Assembly: GCA_038321865.1 (NCBI GenBank)
Contig: JBBQFH010000002.1
Span: forward strand, 64,001 to 128,000
DNA length: 64,000 nt
Direction: 5' to 3'
Source of the DNA: Gemmatimonadales bacterium
Lineage (GTDB): Bacteria; Gemmatimonadota; Gemmatimonadetes; Gemmatimonadales; GWC2-71-9
The notes beneath the pieces were generated by a model, which saw only the letters and a list, made by a program, of their open reading frames with translations, was not told where the DNA came from and did no database searches. Positions 22,804 to 35,502 of this stretch are shown here, in pieces. The position numbers were made by a program, and so were the translations under genes. Positions within the stretch are counted from its first letter, which is position 1, and each line of letters opens with the position of its first letter.

Positions 22804-23655
22804 TCACCGGGTTTCGTAGCTGTAAAAGCCCCGGCCACTCTTGCGACCGAGATGGCCAGCGGCAACCATCTTCCTGAGCAGCGGACAGGGTCGGTACTTG
22901 TCGTCGCCGAGGCCGCGGTGCATCACCTCGATGATTGCCAGACACACGTCGAGCCCAATGAAGTCCGCCAGCGCCAGCGGGCCCATGGGATGGGCCATCC
23001 CGAGCTTCATGACCGTATCGATCGCCTCGGGCGTGGCGACCCCTTCCATCACGCAGAAGACTGCTTCGTTGATCATCGGCATCAGCACGCGGTTGGCCAC
23101 GAAGCCGGGATAGTCGTTTACCTCGACCGGGGTCTTGCCCAGTTCCCGGGCGATCTCCATGACCGTTGCCGCCGTCGCATCGGTCGTCGCGTGACCGCGG
23201 ATCACCTCGACCAGCTGCATCACCGGCACCGGATTCATGAAGTGCATGCCGATCACCTGGCCCGGGCGACCCGTGCGCGAAGCAATCTCCGTGATGGAGA
23301 TCGAGCTGGTGTTGGTCGCCAGGATCGCCTCGGCGCCGGTGATCCGGTCGAGTGCCTCGAAGATCGAAAACTTGACGGACGGGTCTTCGCTCGCGGCTTC
23401 GATCACGAGCGCGGCCCCAGCCGCGCTGTCGAGGGCGGTCGCGGTCGTGATGCGGCCGAGGATCCGGTCGGCCGACCCTTCCGGCAGCACGCCCTTCTTC
23501 ACCTGGCGGTCTACATTGCCCCGGATCGTGGTCCTGGCGCGTTCAAGGGCGGCCGCCGCCGTGTCGATCAGCGTCACCTGCCATCCATGCTGCGCGAAGA
23601 GATGCGCGATGCCGTTGCCCATGGTGCCCGCGCCGATCACGGCCGCCTGCTTCAT
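22804..23655 (-). CDS. hbd: 3-hydroxybutyryl-CoA dehydrogenase
   Basis: [39 protein letters not shown]. Confidence 0.93.
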   Translation of the reverse strand: MKQAAVIGAGTMGNGIAHLFAQHGWQVTLIDTAAAALERARTTIRGNVDRQVKKGVLPEGSADRILGRITTATALDSAAGAALVIEAASEDPSVKFSIFEALDRITGAEAILATNTSSISITEIASRTGRPGQVIGMHFMNPVPVMQLVEVIRGHATTDATAATVMEIARELGKTPVEVNDYPGFVANRVLMPMINEAVFCVMEGVATPEAIDTVMKLGMAHPMGPLALADFIGLDVCLAIIEVMHRGLGDDKYRPCPLLRKMVAAGHLGRKSGRGFYSYETR

Positions 23656-24497
23656 GACGTCGTCCTCCGGGTCCACCGCTGCGTCGCCAGGATCGCCGCC
23701 GAGATGGCGATCGTCGCCACCAGGCCGCCTTCCGGGCCGAATCGGCCCCCGGTAAACCATCCGGGCGTGCCGGGCAGGTGATCGATGAAAGGGATGCGGA
23801 ATGGCAGGCCGCTCACCGGCGCGTCCGCTGCCGCCAGCGTGAGGTTCCAGCCGAGGTGCACGCCGAATGCAGTCCAGATTCCGCCGGGCGCGAAGAATGC
23901 CACGCCGAGCAGCACGCCGGCGAGCGCGATGTTGGCGAGTCCGAGCGTGGTGGCATCGAGATTTCGGGCATGGGCCGCGGCGAACAGCAGGGAGAGGACA
24001 ACCACCGGCTTCCAGCGTCCAAAGGCGGCAGCGAGGAGCACCAGCGGCAGGCCGCGGAAGACAACCTCCTCGCTCAGGGCCGCCGGCGCCAGCGCACCGA
24101 GCGTCGCCCCCAGCCGCACCAGATATTGCCCGAAGGAGCCGGCATCACGGGTCCAGAGTCCGCCCGCCGGGACGGCGAGCAGCAGCGCGCCCAGCGCGGC
24201 GGCCAGACCGAGCGTCATGCCGAGCCCGAAGCCCCGCACGCGCGGGCCAACCGCCCGCCAGCGAAGGTCATCCGCGCCGAGGTGCAGCACCCGACGGCCG
24301 ATGAGCCAGGTGGCGAGCCCGAAGCCGAGCAGCTGGGACACGCCGGCGACGAGCAGCTGCTCCGCGCCGATCACCTGGAGTGTCGCCAGCCCGGTCTGGA
24401 AGTCGGCGAACCGGAGCGCGGCATACGTGCAGTAGCAGATGACCGTGAACACAAAACCGATGAGAAGGAAGGCGATCGACCAACCGATCGCCTTCAT
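23652..24497 (-). CDS. CPBP (CAAX/Abi) intramembrane protease
   Basis: EEVVFRG, FAAAH, HLGWN and GPEGG motifs; multiple TM helices. Confidence 0.88.
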   Translation of the reverse strand: MKAIGWSIAFLLIGFVFTVICYCTYAALRFADFQTGLATLQVIGAEQLLVAGVSQLLGFGLATWLIGRRVLHLGADDLRWRAVGPRVRGFGLGMTLGLAAALGALLLAVPAGGLWTRDAGSFGQYLVRLGATLGALAPAALSEEVVFRGLPLVLLAAAFGRWKPVVVLSLLFAAAHARNLDATTLGLANIALAGVLLGVAFFAPGGIWTAFGVHLGWNLTLAAADAPVSGLPFRIPFIDHLPGTPGWFTGGRFGPEGGLVATIAISAAILATQRWTRRTTS

Positions 24498-24541
24498 GCG
24501 GGAGGGGCCGGCGGGACGCCGCTGAGGCTGGGTCAAGCCGA

Positions 24542-25732
24542 TCAGACCCGCTCGACGCTGAGGGCCACCGCGTTGCCACCGCCGAGGCACAGCGTGGCCA
24601 GGCCGGTGGAGGCACCCCGGTCCTGCAGCGCGTAGAGGAGCGTCGTGAGGACTCGTGCCCCGCTGGCACCGATCGGGTGCCCGAGCGCCACCGCGCCGCC
24701 GTTCACGTTCACGCGATCCCAGTCCCAGCCCAGGGCGCGCCCATCGGCGAGCGCCTGCACCGCGAACGCCTCGTTGGCTTCGATGAGGTCATAGTCGCCG
24801 ATCGCGGTGCCCGCTTTCGCCATCAGGTTTCTGACGGCGACGATCGGGGCGAAGAAGATCTCCTTCGGCTCACCCCCGCCCGTGGCGTAGGCGGTGACCC
24901 GCGCCATCGGCGTGAGCCCGTGAGTCCTGGCGAACGCGAGCGAGGTGACGACCAGGGCGCTGCCGCCGTCGTTGAGTCCGGGCGCGTTTCCGGCCGTCAC
25001 CGTGCCGCCATCCCTGCGAAACGCCGGCTTCAGCTTGGCCAGGGTGTCGGCGGTGGTGTCTTTCCGGGGTGACTCGTCCGCCGACACGACAGTGGGGCCG
25101 CCCTTGCCCGGCACGCTGACCGGGAGGATCTCGGCGCTGAACCGCCCGGCTTCGGCGGCGGCGACCGCCTTGCGGTGGCTGTCGACCGCGAACTGATCCT
25201 GATCCTTCCGCGAGATACCCGCCTTCTCACCGGTATACTCGGCATACTCGCCCATGTGATTGCCGCCGAACGAATCCCAGAGTCCGTCATGGATCATGCC
25301 GTCCACCATCGTCTGGTTACCGGCCTTGATGCCGTTGCGCATGCCGTAGACGTAGTGGGGCGCGGTCGACATCGATTCCTGACCGCCGGCCACGACGCAC
25401 TGGCGGTCACCGGCCCGGATCGCCTGTGCCGCCAGCATTACGGCCCGGAGGCCGGAGCCGCAGACCTCGTTGATGGTGACTGCGGACGTCGTCGCGGGAA
25501 TCCCGGCGCCGATCAGCGCCTGGCGAGCCGGCGCCTGTCCGGATCCGCCCTGCACGACCTGGCCCATGAACACCTCATCCACGGCCTCGACGGGAATGCC
25601 CGCGCGTCGCACCGCCTCCCGGATCGCCATGGCGCCGAGTTGCGGGGCACTGAAAGACGAGAGGCCGCCGAGATAACGCCCGATGGGCGTACGAACGGCG
25701 GCCACGATCACCGGGGTAGTGCTGTCGCTCAC
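24542..25732 (-). CDS. Acetyl-CoA C-acetyltransferase (thiolase)
   Basis: [24 protein letters not shown]. Confidence 0.95.
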   Translation of the reverse strand: MSDSTTPVIVAAVRTPIGRYLGGLSSFSAPQLGAMAIREAVRRAGIPVEAVDEVFMGQVVQGGSGQAPARQALIGAGIPATTSAVTINEVCGSGLRAVMLAAQAIRAGDRQCVVAGGQESMSTAPHYVYGMRNGIKAGNQTMVDGMIHDGLWDSFGGNHMGEYAEYTGEKAGISRKDQDQFAVDSHRKAVAAAEAGRFSAEILPVSVPGKGGPTVVSADESPRKDTTADTLAKLKPAFRRDGGTVTAGNAPGLNDGGSALVVTSLAFARTHGLTPMARVTAYATGGGEPKEIFFAPIVAVRNLMAKAGTAIGDYDLIEANEAFAVQALADGRALGWDWDRVNVNGGAVALGHPIGASGARVLTTLLYALQDRGASTGLATLCLGGGNAVALSVERV

Positions 25733-25801
25733 GGATTCCGACTCCAGTAAGGGTCCGAAACGACGGCAAGATAGCGGGGGCGAGACCCCGCTTCAATTGC
25801 C

Positions 25802-27742
25802 TCAGCCCGTCAAGGCCCTGGTGCGGACTTCCTCGCGCACGCGGGCGATGAAATCGTCCGCCGTCATTACTTCCTGTTTCTTCCCCGCCCCACGGCTCCG
25901 CAGGGCCAGGCCGTCCGCCTCAGCCTCCCGCTGGCCGGCGACGGCCATATAGGGAACCTTCTGCATCTCGGCTTCGCGGATCCGGTAGTTGAGCGTCTCG
26001 GTCCGGTCATCCACGTGGACCCGCAGGCCGGCGGCCTTGAGCCGCGCCGCCAACCGCCGCGCGTAGTCATTCTGGTCGGCCGATATCGGGATGACGCGCA
26101 CCTGCTCGGGCGCGAGCCAGACCGGGAAGGCGCCGGCAAAATGCTCGATCAGATTGCCGATGAATCGCTCGAGCGTGCCGTAGATGGCCCGGTGGATCAT
26201 CACCGGACGGTGCGGCCGGTTGTCGGGGCCGGTGTACTCCAGCTCGAAGCGCTCCGGCAGCTGGAAATCCAGCTGGATCGTCGGCCCCTGCCAGAGGCGC
26301 CCGATCGCATCCCTGAACTTGATATCGATCTTGGGGCCGTAGAACGCCCCGCCCCCTTCGTCGATCCGGAACGGAATCGCCTTGCGGGCGAGCGCGGACT
26401 GCAGCATCGCCTCGGCCCGCTCCCACGTCTCGTCGTCGCCGAGCCGCTCGGGCGGGCGGGTCGAGACCTCGAAGTCGAGCTCGAAGCCGAAGGTCTGCTT
26501 GACGAGCCGGTCCACCTGATCGAGGCAAAGGAAGATCTCGTCCTCCACCTGGTCCATGGTACAGAAGATGTGCGCATCATCCATGCACAGGCCGCGGACG
26601 CGAAGGAGCCCGTGGAGGACACCGGACCGTTCGTTCCGGTAGACGTTGGCGACCTCGGACAGCCGCAGCGGCAGGTCGCGGTAGCTCCGCTGTTGTGTGC
26701 GATAGATCAGGCTGTGCATCGGACAGTTCATCGGCTTGACGCGGTAGCGCACGTCCTCCGACTCCTCGTGTCCGGCGGCCATGGCCGGGTATTGGTTGGC
26801 CTCGTACAGCGGCAGGTGTCCGGAGATCCGGAACAGCTCCTCGCGGGTGATGTTCGGCGTATACACCAGATCGTACCCGCTGGCGACGTTGTCGTCCTCC
26901 ACGGCGCGGGACAGGAGCCACTTCACCATGGCGCCCTTGGGATGCCAGAACACCAGGCCGGGACCCACGATCTCCTGGATGGAAAACAGGTCGAGCTGCT
27001 TGCCGATGACACGATGATCGCGGCGCCGGGCCTCTTCGAGCCGGTGCAGGTAGGCGTCCAGGTCTTCCTTCTTGAACCAGGCCGTCCCGTAGATGCGCTG
27101 CAGCATCTGCCGCTTTTCATCGCCGCGCCAGTACGCGCCGGCGGCATTGAGCAGCTTGAAGTGCTTCAATCGCCCGGTGCTGGGCACATGGGGACCGCGG
27201 CACAGGTCCACGAACGGACCATCGGTGTAGACGCTGATCGTGTCATCCTCGCCCAGCTCGCCGATCCGCTCGAGCTTGAGCGGGTCGTCGGCAAAACGGC
27301 GATTCGCCTCCGCACGGTCGACCACCTCCCGAATGAAGGGGAAGTCGCGCTGCGCGACTTCGCTCATCTTCCGCTCGATCTGCTCCAGATCCTCGGGGGT
27401 GAACGGGCGAGCCACCTGAAAATCGTAGTAGAAGCCATCCTCGATCGCGGGCCCGAATCCGATCCCGGCTCCGGGATACAGCTCTCGCACCGCGGTCGCG
27501 AGAATGTGGGCCGCGGAATGACGCAGGAGCGCGAGGGAGTCGGGATCTCGATCGGTGAGGAGCGCGATCCCAGCGTCGGCGGTGATCGCGCGATCGAGAT
27601 CCCACACCGCGCCATCGACCCGCGCCGCGAGGGCCGCCTTCGCGAGCCCCGGACCGATCGCCTCGGCCAACGCTCGCCCCGTGGTACCCTGCGGCATGTC
27701 ACGGACACTGCCATCGGGCAGGGTCAACCGGACAGTGCTCAC
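25802..27742 (-). CDS. thrS: Threonine-tRNA ligase
   Basis: TGS domain, HSAAH, DLCRGPH, RDHR, KPMNCP, FYGPKID, HRAIYG. GTG start at 27742. Confidence 0.97.
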   Translation of the reverse strand: MSTVRLTLPDGSVRDMPQGTTGRALAEAIGPGLAKAALAARVDGAVWDLDRAITADAGIALLTDRDPDSLALLRHSAAHILATAVRELYPGAGIGFGPAIEDGFYYDFQVARPFTPEDLEQIERKMSEVAQRDFPFIREVVDRAEANRRFADDPLKLERIGELGEDDTISVYTDGPFVDLCRGPHVPSTGRLKHFKLLNAAGAYWRGDEKRQMLQRIYGTAWFKKEDLDAYLHRLEEARRRDHRVIGKQLDLFSIQEIVGPGLVFWHPKGAMVKWLLSRAVEDDNVASGYDLVYTPNITREELFRISGHLPLYEANQYPAMAAGHEESEDVRYRVKPMNCPMHSLIYRTQQRSYRDLPLRLSEVANVYRNERSGVLHGLLRVRGLCMDDAHIFCTMDQVEDEIFLCLDQVDRLVKQTFGFELDFEVSTRPPERLGDDETWERAEAMLQSALARKAIPFRIDEGGGAFYGPKIDIKFRDAIGRLWQGPTIQLDFQLPERFELEYTGPDNRPHRPVMIHRAIYGTLERFIGNLIEHFAGAFPVWLAPEQVRVIPISADQNDYARRLAARLKAAGLRVHVDDRTETLNYRIREAEMQKVPYMAVAGQREAEADGLALRSRGAGKKQEVMTADDFIARVREEVRTRALTG

Positions 27743-27891
27743 GGCGTGAGCTCCTGGCCTGCCGGCGGCACCACCGCGCGAGTAGTCGGCGCCAGCCACA
27801 GGTAGAGAACCACGCCGGCGATCACGACCGCCGCCATGACGATCCAGCGCAGCAGTTCCGGCAACGTCGCGTCGACGCGTTCTTCGGCCAT
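27739..27891 (-). CDS. 50-aa single-TM small protein upstream of thrS
   Basis: MAEERVDATLPELLRWIVMAAVVIAGVVLYLWLAPTTRAVVPPAGQELTP*. Its stop overlaps the thrS GTG (GTGA). Confidence 0.65.
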   Translation of the reverse strand: MAEERVDATLPELLRWIVMAAVVIAGVVLYLWLAPTTRAVVPPAGQELTP

Positions 27892-27989
27892 GCGGATACC
27901 CGGTTTCTGGGAGAAGCGAAGTCGTGCACGCCGTGCGTGAACGATGTTAAGTTAACGCAATCCGCAAACTTTTTGCATGAGGATTCGCA

Positions 27990-28424
27990 GTGTCGAACAA
28001 CGATCGTCTCTCCCTCGGTGAATCGGTGATCTGGAGCGCGCTCGGCCTGACCGCCGGCGTCGTGGCCGGCGCGGCGCTGAGCCAGTGGATCGGCGGGGTC
28101 AACCGACCCCGAATCAGGCGCGCCGCCTCGCGCATCCAGCAGCCAGAGGCGGTGGGACGGATGCCCCTGCCGACCGCTGCTCGCGCGGCGGCGGCGGCAC
28201 TTCTCGCCGATGCGCGCCTCAAGGGGCTGGGCCTCGAAGCCATACCGGTCTCACGCGGCGCGGTGGAGCTCCGCGGCTGGGTGGATGACCGCGCCGCACG
28301 GGCGCGCGCCGCGCGGGCGGTCCGCGCGCTGCCGGGAATCGACACCGTCATCAACAGCATCCTGGTGCGAGGCGAGGATGACCGCCTTTCCGCGCCGGGC
28401 CAACCGACCGACCTGCTCGCATGA
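27990..28424 (+). CDS. BON-domain membrane protein
   Basis: N-terminal TM helix; GAVELRGWV...VRALPGIDTVINSI BON pattern. Stop overlaps the valS ATG. Confidence 0.75.
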   Translation: MSNNDRLSLGESVIWSALGLTAGVVAGAALSQWIGGVNRPRIRRAASRIQQPEAVGRMPLPTAARAAAAALLADARLKGLGLEAIPVSRGAVELRGWVDDRAARARAARAVRALPGIDTVINSILVRGEDDRLSAPGQPTDLLA

Positions 28425-31090
28425 GCGAGCCGCTCGCGCCACAGTACGATCCCAACGCCATCGAAGCTCCGCTGTATCGGCAATGGAAGGCCGATCGGCT
28501 GTTCGACGCCGGCCGCGCCGGGGATCCGTACGTGCTGATGATGCCCCCGCCGAACGTGACGGCGCAGCTGCACATGGGACATGGTCTCAACAACACCGTG
28601 CAGGACGCCCTCGCCCGGTTCGAGCGCATGCGCGGTCGCGACACCCTGTGGCTGCCTGGCACCGATCACGCCGGCATCGCCACACAGAACGTCGTGGAGC
28701 GGCTGCTCGCGAAGGAGGGGCAGACGCGGTTCGATCTCGGACGCGAGGAGTTCGTCGCACGCGTCTGGCAGTACGTCCGCGAGACCGGTGCCACCATCCT
28801 CGAGCAGCTGGAGGCGATCGGGTCGAGCTGCGACTGGACCCGCACCTATTTCACGCTCGATGAAGGGCTGTCCCGCGCCGTGCGCGAGGCGTTCGTGCGC
28901 CTGTACGAGAAGGGCCTGATCTATCGCGGCCATTACATCATCAACTGGTGCCCGCGCTGCCTCACCGCGCTCTCCAACGAGGAGGCGGAGAAGGAAGAGG
29001 TGGATGGACATCTGTACCACCTGCGCTATCCCCTGGCGGCCGGAGGTCATCTCACCGTCGCGACCACGCGTCCGGAGACGATGCTGGGCGATACCGGCGT
29101 CGCCGTTCACCCGGGCGATGAGCGCTACCAGCACCTGATCGGCACCGAGGTCCTGCTTCCGCTGACCGGCCGGCGGATTCCGATCGTCGCCGACGACGCC
29201 GTGGATCCCGCGTTCGGGAGCGGTGCCGTGAAGATGACCCCGGCGCACGACCCGACCGACTTCGACATCGGGCGGCGGCACGGGCTGGCCACCATCGACA
29301 TCATGACGCCGGAGGCGCGCATCGCCGAAACGGCGCCCGAACGCTTCCAGGGGCTCGATCGCTTCGAAGCCCGCAAGCGCGTCATCGCCGAGCTCGAGTC
29401 GCTGGGCCTGCTGGAGAAGATCGAGCCGCACCGGCACGCGGTCGGCCACTGCTACCGGTGCGGCACCATCGTCGAGCCGAGGCTGTCGGATCAGTGGTTT
29501 GTGCGCATGGCCCCGCTCGCCGAACCCGCGCTCGCGGCATATCGCGACGGCACGCTCCGATTCATCCCCGAGCGCCGCGGCGACGAGTATGTCCAATGGC
29601 TCGAGAGCATACGTGACTGGTGCATTTCCCGGCAGCTGTGGTGGGGGCACCGGATTCCGGTCTGGTACTGCGATGCGCCCGAGTGCGGACACCAGACCGT
29701 GAGCCGGACCGACGTCACCGCGTGCGCGGGCTGCGGCGGCCGGGTGCGGCAGGATGACGACGTCCTCGATACCTGGTTCTCGTCCTGGCTGGTGCCGTTC
29801 TCAAGCCTTGGCTGGCCCGATCGCAGCGCGGATCTCGATCGGTACTATCCCGGCGACACACTGGTGACCGCGCCCGAGATTCTTTTTTTCTGGGTGTCGC
29901 GGATGGTGATGGCGGGGTGCGAGTTCATGGGGCAGTCCCCGTTCTCCACCGTCTACCTGCATGGTACAGTGCGCGACACGCAGCACCGCAAGATGTCCAA
30001 GTCGCTGGGCAACGGCATCGATCCGCTCGATGTGGTGGAACGCTATGGTGCCGACGCGCTCCGCTATACGATCCTCGCGGGCATGACGGTCGGCACCGAC
30101 CTGATCCTGGATCCGACCGACCTCGAGTCCTCGTTCGCGGCCGGCCGGAATTTCGCCAACAAGCTCTGGAACGCCGGGCGATTCATCGTGTCCAATGTCG
30201 ACGGACCGACACGGCCGCTGGCCGGGGTGCGGGCCGACGTCGTCCGGCACGAGGAGCTCACGCTCGCGGATCGCTGGATCATCGCCCGGTGCGATGCCAT
30301 CGTCATCGAAGCCACCGACGCGTATGAACGCTATCGACTCAATGACGCGGCCGCGGTGCTGTACCGGTTCCTCTGGAGCGACCTGGCCGACTGGTACATC
30401 GAGCTGATCAAGCCTCGGCTCTACGGCGACATCGCCGGAGGGGACGTGGCGCGCGCGGTAGCGGTCTCCGTGTTCGATGCCGCCCTGCGGTGCCTTCACC
30501 CGGTGATGCCGTTCATCACCGACGCCTTGTGGCGCCGGATCCCGGGTCGGGCCGCCGAGGCCACGATCATGCGCGCGCACTGGCCGCGCCCCGATCGCCG
30601 CGCGCCCGACGAGGAAGCAGTGCGCGACTTCACCCTGGTGCAGGAGCTGATCGGGACAATCCGCGCGATCCGCGCCGAGTACAATGTCCAGCCCGGCCAG
30701 CAGGTGCGGGCGATCGTCACGGGACTCTCGCCCGCCGCGCGGCGGGGATTCTCCGCGGAACTCGGCACGATCGTCCGGCTCGCGAGACTGGCGTCCCTCG
30801 GCTTCGAGGCGACCGACGAGCGGGTGGGCGGACATGCCGCGTTGTCCGACGGCAGCTCGCTGTTCGTCCCGCTGGGTGACGCGATCGACCTGGGACGCGA
30901 ATGTCGGCGTCTCGGCGATGAGGTCACGCGCCTGCGACAGCTCATCGATGCACAGGAAAACAGGCTGGGCAACGCGCAGTTCACCGCACGTGCCCCGGCG
31001 GACGTCGTCGAACGGGAACGCCAGAAACTGCGATCTTGGACCGATCAGGCGGGCGTCCTGACTGCGAAGCGCGAGTTGCTCGGGTGCTGA
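28421..31090 (+). CDS. valS: Valine-tRNA ligase
   Basis: PPPNVT..LHMGH, DWCISRQLWWGH, KMSKS, C-terminal coiled coil. Confidence 0.97.
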   Translation: MSEPLAPQYDPNAIEAPLYRQWKADRLFDAGRAGDPYVLMMPPPNVTAQLHMGHGLNNTVQDALARFERMRGRDTLWLPGTDHAGIATQNVVERLLAKEGQTRFDLGREEFVARVWQYVRETGATILEQLEAIGSSCDWTRTYFTLDEGLSRAVREAFVRLYEKGLIYRGHYIINWCPRCLTALSNEEAEKEEVDGHLYHLRYPLAAGGHLTVATTRPETMLGDTGVAVHPGDERYQHLIGTEVLLPLTGRRIPIVADDAVDPAFGSGAVKMTPAHDPTDFDIGRRHGLATIDIMTPEARIAETAPERFQGLDRFEARKRVIAELESLGLLEKIEPHRHAVGHCYRCGTIVEPRLSDQWFVRMAPLAEPALAAYRDGTLRFIPERRGDEYVQWLESIRDWCISRQLWWGHRIPVWYCDAPECGHQTVSRTDVTACAGCGGRVRQDDDVLDTWFSSWLVPFSSLGWPDRSADLDRYYPGDTLVTAPEILFFWVSRMVMAGCEFMGQSPFSTVYLHGTVRDTQHRKMSKSLGNGIDPLDVVERYGADALRYTILAGMTVGTDLILDPTDLESSFAAGRNFANKLWNAGRFIVSNVDGPTRPLAGVRADVVRHEELTLADRWIIARCDAIVIEATDAYERYRLNDAAAVLYRFLWSDLADWYIELIKPRLYGDIAGGDVARAVAVSVFDAALRCLHPVMPFITDALWRRIPGRAAEATIMRAHWPRPDRRAPDEEAVRDFTLVQELIGTIRAIRAEYNVQPGQQVRAIVTGLSPAARRGFSAELGTIVRLARLASLGFEATDERVGGHAALSDGSSLFVPLGDAIDLGRECRRLGDEVTRLRQLIDAQENRLGNAQFTARAPADVVERERQKLRSWTDQAGVLTAKRELLGC

Positions 31091-32390
31091 GCCCAGGCCA
31101 TCAGCGCTTCCGCAGCCACGCGGCTCTTGGCCTGGCCGCGGCCGCGATCACGGCATGCGCCAAGATCGAGCTCCCGCCCGGCGCTCCCCCCGACCTGACT
31201 CCGCCGCAACTGGTGTCGGTGTTTCCGGACTCGCTGGCCGTGCTCCCGGGATTCAACGGTGAGGTGGTGTTCCGGTTCAATGAGGTGATCTCCGAAGGCA
31301 GCTCGCCCAGCCAGGGCACCGGCACCGGCGATCTCGAACGGCTGGTCCTGCTGTCACCCACCACCCGGCCGGCCGAGGTGCGCTGGCGACGCGATCGCAT
31401 CACAGTCCGGCCCCGCGAGGGCTGGAAGCCCAACCGGGTGTACCGCGTGGAGCTGCTCCCGGGTGCGAGTGACTTGCGCAACAACCGATCGACCGGGGGA
31501 AGCAGGATCGTCACCTTCACCACCGGCTCGCCCCGCCCGAGTCTGACACTCATCGGTGCCGCGTGGGACTGGCTCACCGGGCGGGCCTCGCCGGCGGCAC
31601 TCATCGAGGCGGTGCATACATCCGACAGCCTGGTCTACCGCGCGCTGGCCGATTCGTCGGGGGGATTCCAGCTCGGGCCGCTGCCGGACGGTCCCTACCT
31701 GGTCTACGCCGCGATGGACCAGAACCGGAACGGCGTGCGCGATCCCCGCGAGGCGTTCGACACTGTGCGCGTCGCCGCTGGTCGTGCGAACGTCGGCACG
31801 CTGTGGATGTTTCCCCATGACACGATCGGTCCGCGCATTCAGTCGATCACCATGCTCGACAGCGCGTCCGCCACCATCACCTTCTCGCAGGCAATCGACC
31901 CCACGCGCGTGATCGGCCGGACCGGCGTCAGCGTACGCCTGCTGCCGGACTCGACGCCGGTTGCGGTGCTCTCGATCCTCTCGCCCGCCGCTGACGACAG
32001 CGCGTTCGGGAGACGCCCGGCCGACAGCCTGGCCCGGCCCGCGCGTGACACGGCCATGGGGCGCTCCGTGCGCGACAGCGCAGAAGGCCGCCGAGGACGC
32101 GACACGACCGCCAAGGCGGTACCCAAGCAGGTTCCGGCCGTGGCGCGTCCGGACACGATTCCGCGCCGGCCGGCGGTGAGTGAACGACTGGTGCTCCGGG
32201 TGGCAGGAAAATGGAAGCCTGGGGGCCGCTACACCGTCCTCATTCGCGGCGTGCGCAACCTGAACGGAGTGGCGGCCGATGCGGTGGGCGTGCTCGCGGT
32301 GGCCGCCCCTGCGCCCGCGACGGGTGCCGATTCGACCGGTCGCCGGGTCCGGCCCGCGCCCGACTCGGGAGCGGTCCGCACGAAACCGCG

Positions 32391-32394
<4 letters not shown>
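31084..32394 (+). CDS. Lipoprotein with Ig-like (Big_5/SbsA-type) domain
   Basis: Lipobox-like ITAC, then PPGAPPDLTPP, F.FNE.I and DLRNN; start uncertain. Confidence 0.7.
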
Positions 32395-33749
<1,355 letters not shown>

Positions 33750-33768
33750 GCGGTCCCGCCTGAAAACT

Positions 33769-33806
33769 CAATCGACCCGTCGCGCGTTTGCGCGACGGGT
33801 CGATTG
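33769..33806. terminator. Hairpin between convergent genes
   Basis: 17-bp perfect stem CAATCGACCCGTCGCGC-gttt-GCGCGACGGGTCGATTG. Confidence 0.75.
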
Positions 33807-33825
33807 GCTCAGGGTCTGGAGCGGC

Positions 33826-34674
33826 TCAGTAGGGAAAGAGCCCGATCTCGGCTGGTGGATTGCTTCCGCTGCTGCCGACGAAGCTGCCCGTGAACGTTCG
33901 CGGGCTCTGTCCCTTCATCTGGACCGTGACGACGTAGTCCGACCGGGGGACGCCGCAATCGGCGTAGTAGTGGAGCACGACGCGATAGGTGCCGTGCGGC
34001 GCCACTCCCACGGGCCAGACGATGTTCTCGTTATTCACGTTGTCGATCGTGCAGGCCGGATTGGAGTCAAGATCGAGCGTGCCGCCGCTCGCGGCGGTCT
34101 TGTTGCCATAGTAGACCTCTTCACCGCTCGGATCGTACACGTGAAGGTCCACGTCCGTCGCGCCGCTCCACGAGACGCTCACCTGGATGTCGCCGATGCC
34201 GACATGCGTTACGCGAATCGTCTGGACGCCGTAGGCGCCCATGGCGCCGCCGCTGACCAGTCCGTAGCTGAGCTGGAACGTGCTGGCGGACAGCGTGGGC
34301 GAAATGCCGACGACCAGGTCGCTGGTCGACACGTCGGCCGGCAGGGTCAGCTCCCAGTAGTTCTGGAACCCGGGAATCGCGACGATCACCGTATTGAACG
34401 CGCTGCCGGCCGCGAGGCTCACCCGGGAGCTGCCGCCGTTGACCACGCTCCCGATGCCGGAAATAGTCGCCACGTTGCCGGTGCCCGCGACGGGCGCTGG
34501 ACCGGTCCGGAGGACGGCGGCGATCGCACCGTTCGCGGTAGTCACGCCGGGTACGATGTCCTCGATCAGCAAGCCTGGGCCAAGCTGCTTCGGCGCTTCG
34601 CAACCGGCAACCGCGATGCAGGCCAGCGCGGCGCCGAGCCGCATCGCCCGACCAAACCAGTGATTCGCCTGCAT
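33826..34674 (-). CDS. YfaP/DUF2135-like lipoprotein
   Basis: Lipobox VAGC; IQVSVSW..TDVDLHVYDPSGE, LDLDSN, NENIVW; AGGAG RBS. Confidence 0.8.
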   Translation of the reverse strand: MQANHWFGRAMRLGAALACIAVAGCEAPKQLGPGLLIEDIVPGVTTANGAIAAVLRTGPAPVAGTGNVATISGIGSVVNGGSSRVSLAAGSAFNTVIVAIPGFQNYWELTLPADVSTSDLVVGISPTLSASTFQLSYGLVSGGAMGAYGVQTIRVTHVGIGDIQVSVSWSGATDVDLHVYDPSGEEVYYGNKTAASGGTLDLDSNPACTIDNVNNENIVWPVGVAPHGTYRVVLHYYADCGVPRSDYVVTVQMKGQSPRTFTGSFVGSSGSNPPAEIGLFPY

Positions 34675-34736
34675 GGGTGCGCACTCCTGAATGGAAGTCC
34701 GTGGGCGTTACGAATGTTCGAGGCGACGAAACAAGG

Positions 34737-34750
34737 GCAACGTTCGTGCC
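34737..34750 (-). promoter_or_regulatory. Putative sigma54 (-24/-12) promoter
   Basis: GGCACGAACGTTGC (GG-N10-GC) about 60 nt upstream of the lipoprotein start. Confidence 0.5.
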
Positions 34751-34886
34751 CTGTGCCTGGCGAACAGGGGCAACACATTGTCGCACATTCGGTTGTCCGC
34801 CCCACCCGGGAACGGCGGCCCTGCGTGCCACATGGCATTCCGCAACCGCTAGGCGAATCCCGGGCCCTCGGTTAGTTTTTCCGCCC

Positions 34887-35492
34887 ATGCCGATGCGGGT
34901 AGCGGTCTGTATCTCCGGGCGCGGCAGCAACCTGGGTGCCCTGCTCGACGCGCTTCCCGGTGGCGCCCCCGCGGAGGTGGTGCTGGTGCTCAGCAGCCGG
35001 CCCGACGCCGCCGGACTTGAGCGGGCGCGGGCGGCGCGTGTGCCCGCCATATCCTTGCGGGATCCGGCGGACACGGCGGAGTGGATGTCGCAGCTGGAGC
35101 ATCACCGGGTCGAGCTCGTGGTTCTGGCCGGCTATCTCAAGCTGGTCCCCGCCGGCGTGATCGCCGCATATCGGGGACGCATCATCAACATCCATCCCGC
35201 GCTCCTGCCGGCATTTGGCGGGGCCGGGATGTACGGGTCGAGAGTACACCGCGCAGTGCTCGAGAGCGGCGTGGCCGAAACCGGAGCCACCGTCCACCTC
35301 GTCGATGAGGTATACGATCGCGGGGCAATCCTGGCTCAGGCGCGAGTGCCGGTCGTGGCAGGTGATACGCTGGAAACGCTGGCGCAACGTGTGCTGGTGG
35401 CCGAACACCGCTTACTCCCTGCCGCCGTCCTCGCGGCGGCGAGGGCCGGCCGCGCGGTTGCGCTGTCCTCAGAATCGGAGTCGAGACTGTGA
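34887..35492 (+). CDS. purN: Phosphoribosylglycinamide formyltransferase
   Basis: ISGRGSNL, LAGYLK, INIHPALLP, TGATVHLVD. Confidence 0.95.
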   Translation: MPMRVAVCISGRGSNLGALLDALPGGAPAEVVLVLSSRPDAAGLERARAARVPAISLRDPADTAEWMSQLEHHRVELVVLAGYLKLVPAGVIAAYRGRIINIHPALLPAFGGAGMYGSRVHRAVLESGVAETGATVHLVDEVYDRGAILAQARVPVVAGDTLETLAQRVLVAEHRLLPAAVLAAARAGRAVALSSESESRL

Positions 35493-35502
35493 ACGGACCG
35501 GC

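Noticed and set aside
27745..27990. T-box or attenuator leader for thrS/valS
   Set aside because: No T-box consensus seen; the space is occupied by small coding genes.
34740..34886. ZMP/ZTP riboswitch upstream of purN-purH
   Set aside because: Only a loose CTGGCG-like word is present; the conserved elements and 3' pseudoknot partner were not recognisable.
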